A DNA stretch of 44,436 nucleotides from a virus, in IMG/VR virus record IMGVR_UViG_3300029944_000021, positions 1 through 44,436 of that record; one strand, written 5' to 3'. The position numbers and the translations under genes are program-made. Shown here piece by piece: positions 8,373 to 17,900 of this stretch (position 1 is the stretch's first letter; each line of letters opens with the position of its first letter). The notes beneath the pieces are model-generated. The model was given only the letters and a program-made list of their open reading frames with translations, ran no database searches and was not told the origin of the DNA.

Positions 8373-9167
8373 CTATCCGAAGCAACTTACGATCAATCCA
8401 GTGGTGCCGTCGCCGCCCGCAAGTGCAAGAACCTTAGCGCGAATGAACTTGATGCCGACGAAGCTGTACAGCGCCCCTGACTGCGTTACTGCGCTACTTG
8501 CGATGACAGCCAAGTTATAACTAGGTGTGAGAGTCGGAAGAGTGCTACCTCCGATACCGCCCTGCGCATTTGCAATCGTCATGTACTGGGCGTCGTCATC
8601 TACGTTTGCTCCTTGCAGCACCACGGTAGCCCCGGTGGGTAAAGTCCCAGTCCATCTCGCCTGCAGACCCAGGCACCGCGAGTTATCGCTCTCGTCAGGA
8701 GTGAATACTAGCGCGAATGGAGCGGACGCCGATCCCTGCACAACCAAGTCAGGAACTTCAGCCGATTGCACCACCACGGTACCGGTATCCGCCGTACCTG
8801 CGATGTTGGCATTCGTCAACGCGAAGCTAAGCGTACCGGCGCCGGTTGCTGGGTTGATGGTCGTAGCGGTGAGCGTGGCCGGGTCAACGTTGAATACGCC
8901 GCCATTGCTGGTAGTTCCGCGCACGCCCATCTTGGCGCCGACGATCGGCAGTCCAAGCCCCGCCGCATTCGTTGGGCCGCCGCCAGATTGCAGCTGCACT
9001 GTCAGCGTAGCGACGTTTGATGTGATGGCAACATTCGTGACCGAGAACAGCATGTTGTCCGTCTTGTACTCGCGGCTGCCAAATAGGTAGTTTGGCTCTA
9101 TCTGGGTAGATAGCCGCTTGATAGTCTTGAACGGTGGGCCGAATGCGGAATTGCTATACAAAGCCAT
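8373..9167 (-). CDS. Hypothetical virion protein
   Basis: 264-aa ORF in the operon. No motif recognised. Confidence 0.55.
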   Translation of the reverse strand: MALYSNSAFGPPFKTIKRLSTQIEPNYLFGSREYKTDNMLFSVTNVAITSNVATLTVQLQSGGGPTNAAGLGLPIVGAKMGVRGTTSNGGVFNVDPATLTATTINPATGAGTLSFALTNANIAGTADTGTVVVQSAEVPDLVVQGSASAPFALVFTPDESDNSRCLGLQARWTGTLPTGATVVLQGANVDDDAQYMTIANAQGGIGGSTLPTLTPSYNLAVIASSAVTQSGALYSFVGIKFIRAKVLALAGGDGTTGLIVSCFG

Positions 9168-9171
9168 AACT

Positions 9172-9867
9172 TTACCTCACTAGTTTAGATCTATTGGCAT
9201 ACCCTAAAGCCGCCGATGGGGCAGAAGGAACTGGCTGTGGAGACGTATTCATTGTAGGCGGTGAAAGTATTCCCTTCAATTGCGAAATAGGATCACCGAA
9301 CCCTCTTACATGCAAATAGTGATCAATCTTTCCTGAAACAGAGTTGTCCTGAGCTGGAACTGCGATCAATTGCTGTAATGGCCTCTCCAGCGTGTTCTTT
9401 GTGGCGTCCCACGCATTCAGTTGATCCTTCGACATGTGCGTAGTCAGCTTACCTTGCGCAGACGTCAAATCCTCCACCATAGAAGCCTGCTGCTCCGGGT
9501 TGTAGTCTGTTACCGTCTTGCGCGGGTTGGCCTGCAGTCCTTTTACGCCGCCATAGTTGTAGTCACTAAGCGATGACGTGAGAGGAAGTAGATAGTGTTC
9601 GCGGTCATTGAACTGATCGTTTCGGCTGTTCTGGAAGACGTGGGTTGCTTCATGGGCCGCTGTCGGCTTGTCGTACATGTCAGGGCGCACTACGTTGATC
9701 CTAGCCTGTCCTGCAGGTACGTCAGCCACCTCGCCCAGGCTGCTAGAACCCTGAAATGAACCCAGTCCCTGCGACGTAGGAATAGCACCGGCAGACGCCC
9801 ACGAGGGCTGGCCGGAGTTGGTAATGTCTTGCAGGTTGCGCAGTCCGGTATTGGGTGGGGTCGGCAT
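9172..9867 (-). CDS. HExxH-motif protein (candidate virion-associated zinc metallopeptidase)
   Basis: AAHEATHVF motif in a 231-aa ORF directly after the internal-protein-like genes. Confidence 0.45.
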   Translation of the reverse strand: MPTPPNTGLRNLQDITNSGQPSWASAGAIPTSQGLGSFQGSSSLGEVADVPAGQARINVVRPDMYDKPTAAHEATHVFQNSRNDQFNDREHYLLPLTSSLSDYNYGGVKGLQANPRKTVTDYNPEQQASMVEDLTSAQGKLTTHMSKDQLNAWDATKNTLERPLQQLIAVPAQDNSVSGKIDHYLHVRGFGDPISQLKGILSPPTMNTSPQPVPSAPSAALGYANRSKLVR

Positions 9868-11408
9868 TATTTTCCAGTCAAGTCTTTCAGTCGTCTTCCC
9901 TCAATTACTTTCGGCTTGGCCCTTGTTGCTCCAGGACGCTGATCCGGGAAAATATCACTATGCGACGATAGCGGAACGTCATCCGAAACGGAGGATGGCA
10001 GTATTCTTCCTTGCCGCATCGGCGTGGTGTCGTATCTGAATGGAGTACCCTTCGGCCCTTCTACTTCTCCACCTAACTCGATCGGCGGGGCGTTCAGTAG
10101 CCTTCCGGTACGCATGGCCGTAGTGTCGTGATAGAAGTTTGGCGGTCTATAGCCTTCAGGGGTTCCACCAGCCTCGGGCGCGCTGCCAAGCTCTATGGCT
10201 GGCGCCTCCAACTGACCCATTGGCTGGAATGGCGTATACCTGCCGTAGCTTGGCTTTGGCCCAGCATTCGCGAATCCCTCTTTAATTCCAACGTCGCTTG
10301 GACTCATGCTAAACATCGGGCGTCCGGCTACCAGATCGCGCATCCCCGAAATAATGTGACCTGGTGCCTGCAGAGGGTTCTTGATGCTGATCTGCCCAAT
10401 CTTCCCAAGTCCAGATGGTTGCTGGGTTTCTAGCAGCGTGCTGCGACCCTCTACCTGCTTGCCTATGCTCGACAGCGATCCATAGTCCTTCATGATGCCT
10501 TGCGGGTCAATTCCGTACTGCGACAACGCGGGATATAGAGCTGATTTGATGTCCTTCTCTCGCGCTAACGAATCGGCCTGCGAAAGACCCTTTTGCTCGG
10601 CCAGACGGAGAGCGGAAGGGTCGCCAGTTTTAAGGCCTCGGTTCATGGCAGACAGTTCGCGCCGCTCGTCGTCAAGAGCTCGTATCGTCGTCATGCCGTC
10701 AGGCCCCTTTACCGGGTTGTCACCTACGGCATCTAGCGTATCTTTGTACGGCTTGAAAACCTCACTTTTGGCCTGTGGTATGCGCGCCTGCAAATCCTCT
10801 AGAGATGATGCTCCCTGCAAGTATGGTCGTGCATTTTGCACGCTGCTTTGCATAGGTAGAACCTTCTTACCGTTAGATGGAACTCGTAACCCTCGCAGGG
10901 CTGCCGCATCCTCATCGCCGATCGCAGCCGTTCTCGCTGCGGACGCAACTTTACCTACTCCGCTAACAAGTGGCTTCAGCGCAGCACCGCCGGCCTCGCC
11001 TAAAATCGCTCCGGTGCCGAGTTGACCTATAGCGTTGCCAACAGCCCTGCTCGGATCAGCGCGGGCTGCATCCACCTCTTGATGTGCTTCGTCCAGCCAT
11101 GCCTTTGGGCCAGAACGAACAGCATCCACTTCGCTATGGGCTGAATCCAGGGGATGTTGGATCATGTTGGCCAACCCGCGGATAGCCTGACCTCCTCCTT
11201 GCCCAATATTTTCTACTAGCCCCTTGAGCGCACTATCACCCGGCTGTGCGCCTTGCGTGTTGGCGTTTAAATTATTTGTCATCGTGCGAAGGAGTGAAGG
11301 CCGTTCAGAAGCAGGCGCAGGTAATGGCGTGGCGTACTGCGCCCACTTATCGGCGCCACCATTATTTTGTGGCTGCACCGCGTATTGATCCCATTTGTCA
11401 GCGGGCAT
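9867..11408 (-). CDS. Candidate internal virion/ejection protein
   Basis: 513-aa low-complexity, Gly/Ala/Pro-rich ORF. Call is positional. Confidence 0.45.
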   Translation of the reverse strand: MPADKWDQYAVQPQNNGGADKWAQYATPLPAPASERPSLLRTMTNNLNANTQGAQPGDSALKGLVENIGQGGGQAIRGLANMIQHPLDSAHSEVDAVRSGPKAWLDEAHQEVDAARADPSRAVGNAIGQLGTGAILGEAGGAALKPLVSGVGKVASAARTAAIGDEDAAALRGLRVPSNGKKVLPMQSSVQNARPYLQGASSLEDLQARIPQAKSEVFKPYKDTLDAVGDNPVKGPDGMTTIRALDDERRELSAMNRGLKTGDPSALRLAEQKGLSQADSLAREKDIKSALYPALSQYGIDPQGIMKDYGSLSSIGKQVEGRSTLLETQQPSGLGKIGQISIKNPLQAPGHIISGMRDLVAGRPMFSMSPSDVGIKEGFANAGPKPSYGRYTPFQPMGQLEAPAIELGSAPEAGGTPEGYRPPNFYHDTTAMRTGRLLNAPPIELGGEVEGPKGTPFRYDTTPMRQGRILPSSVSDDVPLSSHSDIFPDQRPGATRAKPKVIEGRRLKDLTGK

Positions 11409-12756
11409 TGGGATGATCCTTCTTGAACTCGGCTACATGCTCGGGAGGTATCTGGTATTGCTTACCGCCGTCAGTGAACGTTTGCGATCCTCCACCCTGC
11501 GAAGTCGTTCCTGACCCTGAAAATTCCTTGCGGTAAGCGCTCTGTATGTCTCGTATGCCTCCAGTATCGTTTGCCTTCGATAGCTTATCCAAATACTTAT
11601 CCTGCATCTGCATCTTTTCCTGAATCTTGCTACGCACGTCGCCGAGAAGCTGATTTAGCTGTGCGATCTGCTCAGGTGCCATCTTTCCTTTACCCTCTAA
11701 ACCATTGATAAACCCCTCAAAGCTACCCTTGATGCCTCTTGCGTTGGTGATGGCGTTCAATTCAGCCTGCGTGACGCGCACACCGCTGCCCTGACCGCCT
11801 GCTAGGCCGACAAGGGATTTCACTGTACCGACCGCCTGACCCATGGCTCCGTCGTTTACTTCCTGCATTGCCTGGTCTAGTGCTTGTGACTGTGCGGTCG
11901 CTTTTGCGAACTGTCCTCCCAAATCCTTGGAAGCGGCCATGTACTCTTTTTCGGTATCGGCGTCGCGTGTCCGCTGTCCTGCATTTGCGGCGGTCTGCTG
12001 CTGGATAGTAATCTTAGACCCTCCCTGATCTCTGCCAACCACCTGATTCATTGCACCGGCAAGAGAAGTCGCATCGGCGGTAGACATTCCAGCGGTGAAT
12101 TGCCCTTTGGGTAGGTGATATTTATCGGCTATGGTGTCCCACACCGCATTACGCTTATCGGCTTCGTCTTGGCTCAGTGGCTTAGCTTGCAGTTTCTGGA
12201 AATCTGCTGCTGTCCCCGTAGGGTTTTGCTGGTGCCAAAGCTCGAACTCGTTCTTTGCTGTAGGGTGCAGTAGAGCGGCGGCTTGATCGTTCTTGTATGC
12301 CACATCTGCTGCGTCGATAGCAGGCTTGTCTTCCTGCTCCTGCTGTAGTCCAGCGGTCTGCGTGGTGCGCAAAGCGTTCTCGCTAGCGGATGAAGCATCT
12401 TCTGTATCCTGCTTCTGCAATCCGGCCAACTCTCGCACATTCTGGCCATGCTGAATTTGGCTGTGGAGCTGCGTTCCGGGGATGAGTGCCATCGTTCCGG
12501 GAGCAGCGATATCTCCCGCTACGTTACCGATAGTCGCCGCGATGTGTCGCACGTTCTGCCAGAATCCCTGTGGCTTGTTCGGGTTTTCGTACGAGCTGAT
12601 GCGGTTCTGCAATCCCTGCTCTTGCTGGCCGCGCTGGTTTAGTCCGACGAGTGGCTGCAATGAACTACCTAGCTGCGGCAGCGAGCTTGGCATCCTATCA
12701 ACGCTTAGTGAAGGTGGCGGGGCGTTAGGGTCGGGTATGAGGTCATTGAGGGCCAT
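11398..12756 (-). CDS. Candidate internal virion/ejection protein (Gln-rich, helical)
   Basis: 452-aa ORF, Gln/Ala/Lys-rich. Call is positional. Confidence 0.45.
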   Translation of the reverse strand: MALNDLIPDPNAPPPSLSVDRMPSSLPQLGSSLQPLVGLNQRGQQEQGLQNRISSYENPNKPQGFWQNVRHIAATIGNVAGDIAAPGTMALIPGTQLHSQIQHGQNVRELAGLQKQDTEDASSASENALRTTQTAGLQQEQEDKPAIDAADVAYKNDQAAALLHPTAKNEFELWHQQNPTGTAADFQKLQAKPLSQDEADKRNAVWDTIADKYHLPKGQFTAGMSTADATSLAGAMNQVVGRDQGGSKITIQQQTAANAGQRTRDADTEKEYMAASKDLGGQFAKATAQSQALDQAMQEVNDGAMGQAVGTVKSLVGLAGGQGSGVRVTQAELNAITNARGIKGSFEGFINGLEGKGKMAPEQIAQLNQLLGDVRSKIQEKMQMQDKYLDKLSKANDTGGIRDIQSAYRKEFSGSGTTSQGGGSQTFTDGGKQYQIPPEHVAEFKKDHPNAR

Positions 12757-13311
12757 TTATGGGTTCAAGCCCTTCAGGATGCTTCCGGCTCCGCTGGCAT
12801 CGCCGCCTAGGGTTCCTAGTATCCCCATCGTCGTGTTCAGCCCGCTCATAGAGTTGCCAATCTGTGCATCCTTTGCCACCTGACCGGCAGCGTTGTTCTG
12901 TCCGCTGACGTCGGTTCCGTACAATCCTGAAAGCAAGCTGCCAGCCTGCGATTGCTGCTGCAGTTTCACGCCAGCATTCTGGGCGTTAATACCTTCGGAT
13001 ATTCCTGCATTGGTTTTACCGGCAGTCCGTGCCGCCGAGTCAAGCGCAGCGGAGAATCCGTTAGGATTGCGCTCGGTCATGCCCATCTTGCCGGCCGCTC
13101 CGGTAAGTCCAGCCGTGGCGCCGCCAGAGCCAGCAAGACCGCTCGATAGCATTGAGCCGATGTCCTGCTGCGAATATCCGGATGGGTGATTGAGTTGGCT
13201 AGTTAGGTACGGAGTCAGGGTCGAGCCAATACCCGCTGCCGATGCTCCGAGACCTGCAGCAGTGCTGCCGGCTGCGGTCGCTGCGTTATTCGATATCGTT
13301 GAATCTTTCAT
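12757..13311 (-). CDS. Gly/Ala/Ser-rich candidate internal virion protein
   Basis: 184-aa ORF with repeated GxxG/AAG-type low-complexity sequence. Confidence 0.45.
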   Translation of the reverse strand: MKDSTISNNAATAAGSTAAGLGASAAGIGSTLTPYLTSQLNHPSGYSQQDIGSMLSSGLAGSGGATAGLTGAAGKMGMTERNPNGFSAALDSAARTAGKTNAGISEGINAQNAGVKLQQQSQAGSLLSGLYGTDVSGQNNAAGQVAKDAQIGNSMSGLNTTMGILGTLGGDASGAGSILKGLNP

Positions 13312-13705
13312 CTACGCGCCGAGACCATGCCGACCAACCGGGGCGGGATTGATGCCATCCAAGTTGTAACAGCCGTTTGCTGAAGCGTTTCGTGGTCTCT
13401 GGTGAGCATCGGGCATTCAAATCGTTTAGACCTAAGCGCCATGCTTCTAAAGTTACCGCATCGTTCAATTCCTGTATAGTAGAGAATTTTCGGCGTGGGT
13501 CAAGCGCGGGATCAAGCAGCAACACCGCCTCCGCTGTCAGTTGCAGGTAGCACGAACCGATTACCCCCTCTGGGCCGATAGCTACCTTGTTAGTAAGGAT
13601 GAGCGGCGAGGCAAAGTCAGGAAGGTTAAAGTTATCCAACCCGGAGCGGTGGATCGCCTGGATGATCGGTAAATCGGGAGATGTATAGTCTCTGATCATC
13701 CCCAC
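13286..13705 (-). CDS. Hypothetical protein, weak GNAT-acetyltransferase-like features
   Basis: 139 aa. N-terminal IRDYTSPDLPIIQAIH and C-terminal FSKRLLQLGW resemble GNAT termini, but no Q/RxxGxG/A motif was seen. Confidence 0.3.
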   Translation of the reverse strand: MGMIRDYTSPDLPIIQAIHRSGLDNFNLPDFASPLILTNKVAIGPEGVIGSCYLQLTAEAVLLLDPALDPRRKFSTIQELNDAVTLEAWRLGLNDLNARCSPETTKRFSKRLLQLGWHQSRPGWSAWSRRVDERFNDIE

Positions 13706-13944
13706 TTGTCCAGTTCGTCAAGTCTTGGCATCGCCTTTATTCGCTTGCCCGATTCATTGGGGCGACGGGATAAGGTTAGGTGGTTCAAATTCATCCACCC
13801 GCCTCGAAGTTCTTTCTCTTTTTTTATTAGGTCAGACTTCCATCCCTTCGGCGGCGGCCACGGTACACCCCACGTGGCAAGTTGTTCTTTAGTGAATCCA
13901 CCTGAATTCGTCATACCTAATTCGATTTCTTTGTTTGTTGGCAT
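13696..13944 (-). CDS. Hypothetical protein, first gene after the non-coding island
   Basis: 82-aa ORF. No family recognised. Confidence 0.45.
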   Translation of the reverse strand: MPTNKEIELGMTNSGGFTKEQLATWGVPWPPPKGWKSDLIKKEKELRGGWMNLNHLTLSRRPNESGKRIKAMPRLDELDKWG

Positions 13945-14273
13945 AAATCATCCATTTTTTTAAAACACACCGGGGTCCAGCGGGTCACTAGTCGCTGATG
14001 GTTTACTATTCCTCAAATCCAATTTTCCAACCTGCCCCCGCTGTAGGTTTGGGCGTGTTCTGGAACCCGGCTAACTCAAACCGGATTCAAACTCGTTCGA
14101 GCGTCATCCTCGTCGAAGTCGGAAAATACAATCCGAGTGCATATTTGGCGTGAGAAATCTACTCCTGTACGCTGCCATTTCCGTGGGAGGATCACCATGC
14201 ACGGACGCGGCCAAGGCGCACGAATGCGATAGGGGTGATTCGACCGATATCTTCGGGGAATTATCCATAAATT

Positions 14274-14365
14274 TCCTTGGCAGTTGCAGAATACCACGGA
14301 ACGTAGTATTGTCAAGGTGCGGGGTTGAGCGGCGCAACTCCTATCCTGAATGATCCTTGGCGGTT
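14274..14365 (-). repeat. 12-nt direct repeat pair flanking an internal promoter (operator-like)
   Basis: + strand TCCTTGGCAGTT (14274..14285) and TCCTTGGCGGTT (14354..14365), 11/12 identical and exactly 80 bp apart. Confidence 0.5.
14288..14315 (-). promoter_or_regulatory. Sigma70-like promoter candidate inside the late operon
   Basis: The minus strand reads TTGACA, a 16-nt spacer, then TATTCT. The same -10 hexamer occurs in the promoter candidate at 23644..23672. Confidence 0.4.
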
Positions 14366-14391
14366 TCACTCAGGCTCCCCCGCAAACTTCC

Positions 14392-14976
14392 CTACTTCCT
14401 CTGCTGTATCTTTCCGAGCCCTTGCCCGCCCTGCCCACTGTTCGGCCCTGTACCGCTGCCCTGCGCCGGCGCAAAGTTCATCTGCGTAGGGTTGCTGGTA
14501 GTCATGGTGAACGGCGTAGGGCTGCTCGCGCCGCCTGCAACGGTTATGCTTGACGGCTGTCCTGCTGGGTTCTGCGAATAGGCGCGCACAAAATACGTGT
14601 GGGGCGTCCCTGTAGCCGTCTGCGCCGGTAGATGGAACGGTGGTGGCGTCCGGCTGGCTCCGGCGTCGTGGATGACCACTGGTGAGCCAAAGGCGGGGTC
14701 TGTGTGAATCTCCACCATATACCTAGAGTTGCGCTGTACCTGGCCTGGGTGGTTGAGCGTAACGTGCATCAGCTCGCCGGCCGAAGCTACCGAAACGTTT
14801 ACCGAGGCGATAGGCGATGGTGCCGCCACCTCGCCAGTAGCCGACGCCGCAGTATTTTTGGCAAGAGTGTTGACCGCTTGGATGATGCGCCGATACAGTC
14901 TTCCAGACGAAGGGCTAGTCTGCTCTATCTCGGATAGCTCACGCCCGCCGTCTAAGTCTCCGCCTATGCCAACCAT
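14392..14976 (-). CDS. Hypothetical virion protein (beta-rich)
   Basis: The track ORF 14392..15363 overlaps the 1412-aa gene. The ATG at 14976 lies 1 nt after that gene's TGA (TGAcATG), giving 194 aa. Confidence 0.5.
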   Translation of the reverse strand: MVGIGGDLDGGRELSEIEQTSPSSGRLYRRIIQAVNTLAKNTAASATGEVAAPSPIASVNVSVASAGELMHVTLNHPGQVQRNSRYMVEIHTDPAFGSPVVIHDAGASRTPPPFHLPAQTATGTPHTYFVRAYSQNPAGQPSSITVAGGASSPTPFTMTTSNPTQMNFAPAQGSGTGPNSGQGGQGLGKIQQRK

Positions 14977-14977
14977 G

Positions 14978-17900
14978 TCAGAATCCTCGTATGGCGGCCC
15001 ATGAATCGGCAGCCCCTGAAAGTGTAAGTCTGCTGATGCTGAACCATCCGCTCGCCATGCCGATCTCAACAAATACCCTCTGAGCGTACTCGTCCAGTGG
15101 GCCTTGAATGTCGTTGGCCGCAGGGTTGTCGAGGTCGATTCCCCCGGGAACGATGTAGGGGTAGGGCGCGGCCAGTACGTTCTGGAAAAATGCCAATCCC
15201 GCATTTCCTTCTCCGCTTGCCAGTAGATCGAAGAACCGATACCGCTTATTGAACTGACCGAACATCGGCAAACTGTCCTGCTTGCTTGTGTCGATGAAGC
15301 CGTAGGTGCAATAGGACGAGACGAACGGTACGCCGTCGTCAAATCCCCTGACAGTCGGGTCAAGAAAATAAATCTTGCTCGAATTTATGCCGTTGCAGAA
15401 CATCACCAGGCTTAGCAGCTCACTACGCTTCACCAGCCCGATAAAAGGCGTTGGAATCGTCCACAGCGACCACTTTCTGCGGATGTCGTGCACGGCAAGC
15501 TTACCGGCAAGCGTCATGTGTAGCGACATGCCCGCCATCAACTCATCAATCGTTCCTATGCCCTTGTAGTCTAGCGTCAAAATCACGTTTGGCGACGTTG
15601 GTGCTGCATTCACCTCAGCGGTTGTCATCCACGGATTAGGCGTAGGCAGGGGTATCGCCGCATACATCTTCTGGTTGGGGATGTCATTGCATATCGAGAC
15701 ACCCTCAGCGGCATCCCAGTTGATCGCGTTCCAGATGTCCTGAATCTCGATCTGTATCGGCGTTGGCGCGCCGCCGTTGAATAGGTACCATCCGTTCTGA
15801 CATGCCATCGAAGCCCACTCAGCTCCCTTGTGCTTGTCGATGGTGTAGGCGTGGATACCACAAGCTCCGGCGACGTTCGACACCTCCTCGAATGGACTCC
15901 AGTTGGCAGGCTCCTGATTTGGCGTGTCTTTGAGGAAGCCTAGAGATGATTCTTTGACGATGTACAGCAGGGCGCGAAGTTGGAAACCTCCGTTGGCAGG
16001 CTGGTTGTTCACTGTCTGCGTATCGATGATTCCCGTCACCTGGTCGAAGCTCTCCGGGTCGCTGTCGCCGCCTGACTCATCTTGTCCGTAGCTTATCGTC
16101 AGGCCCGTAAGGTTGGTGGGGTCTTCGGTCGGAAAGATCATGATGCGATCTATCTCGATGTCCGCACCGTCAGGCATATTTGATCCGTACACACGTAGTT
16201 GCAGGTTAGACGGGATATTGAGCGTGGAGTTTGTGAGTAGCGTTCCCTCAAACGTCTGCATCGTCGAAGTCATGCGCACCAACGATAAGACAAACTCACC
16301 GAACTGCTGCCCAAATCCGTTGGAGTTTAGCGCCGTTAAATCGATTATCAGATCCCCGCCGCGCGCCGAGGAAGGAGTCCTGCAGGTCACTCGCACCGAG
16401 TACGCAGTCTGGTTTTGTAGAATCGGTACCAGGTTTATGTCCTGAAATGCCGACTGGTAGATCAGGTCGAACTGTGGCGGGCTCGTAGCTCCGGTGATGT
16501 TGTTGATGTAGTACGAATTGCCGAATATCGGCGACACAAGCAAAGTACCGGTGCCTGTGCTTGTTTCCTGAATCCACCCGAGCGGAGACAGCTTTGCATT
16601 TGGCGTCGATAGGTACCCTCCGTCGAAGCTCAAGTTAAGGAAGTTTTGTATCTGGTTTCTGACCCTTCCCCACACCGTGCGTCCGGCATACTGCAGGTTC
16701 CATGCCGCGTCCGGAAGCTCTTCCAGATTGAACAGGTTTCCGCCCTGGATATCCACCTCGGTCGAGCTTAGTAGGGTTGAATCGGGGAATGAAAACGTTG
16801 CCGTAGTCGTGGTGTTGTCGTTGATGAACAAACTTGACGCCGTGAAGGTCACACCCTGAACGATGAACGTAACCGGCGTTGGGATTGTGTAGAAGCTGGC
16901 CCCGGGCACGCCATTTGCGCCGCCTTCGGTGAAGACTATCGCTCTCGCAATCACATTAGGTGGGCCGATAGGTATCTGTGACGCCAAAATAGCCTGCGTG
17001 TTCTCCGGAACGTTGAAAGTAACCGGAGGGGCAGGCGCAGTCCAGAATCCGTTGCGTGTGATGAAAAACACCGTTCCCTGACGTGTTCCGGGGCCTATCA
17101 GCGTGTTTTCGTTGATGATGAATACGAGACCGCCACCAGTCGAGTTGCCGAATATGGGGTCATTGTCTGAGCCCAGCGTAGCAACCCCCGGATCGAAGAC
17201 AAACTGCGAACCAGCCGTGGTTCCCTGCCCCTGCTCAGGCACGGTAAGCGTCGCGGTAGCTGTCGGCAGCCCTGCGATGGTAAAGGTGCCGCTGGTGCCG
17301 CCGCTGACACTGGCAATCACCAGATCCACGCCATTCAGATTACCCGCACCGTTTAGCGTGCCCGTAATCGTGATCAGTTGGCCCGCTGTGGGGTTGGCGC
17401 CAGAAGTAACGTTGTACGAGTAGGTAGCCGTGTTGCTGCCAGCTGTGATCTGCGTCTGCGTTATCTCCAGCGAACCGGAGTTGGGCGTCTGCGTGATCGT
17501 GAACGTGCTGTTGTAGTTGGAAACTGACGTTCCGCTGATCGTTACCTGGCTGCCAATCGATATGCCCGGTACCGGCTCGCTGGTCGTGATGGTGGCTGCG
17601 GTGATTTGATACTGGCCGGTGATCGCCGCAACGCTTCCGCCGGCATTCGAGAAGGCCACTGTCGGTACGTTGAATGTCAAATACCAGCGCTGCGCCGACG
17701 CGCCTGCAAAATTTGGAGTAGCCAGCCCAATACCAGTTACAAGCTGCGTGCCATTGGCAAAGGCATAGTCTGCCGGAAGACCGCTGATAAACACGTAGAC
17801 CGGCTGCCCCGCGTTGAAGGCCGCCGTCAGTACCGGGTCTCCACCCGGGAAGTGCCCTGCGTTGGCGTCGGCCGTGTAGATTGTGATCACGCTGCCGGGG

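Noticed and set aside
9867-12756. Tape measure protein
   Set aside because: No tail tube, sheath or chaperone-frameshift genes are nearby. The proteins are low-complexity rather than long helical TMP-like, so internal/ejection proteins of a short-tailed phage fit better. This remains uncertain.
14076-14369. 97-aa and 77-aa minus-strand ORFs in the non-coding island
   Set aside because: They have GTG/TTG starts without an SD and Arg/Cys/Trp/Pro-rich composition typical of random ORFs. The region is better explained as promoter plus leader.
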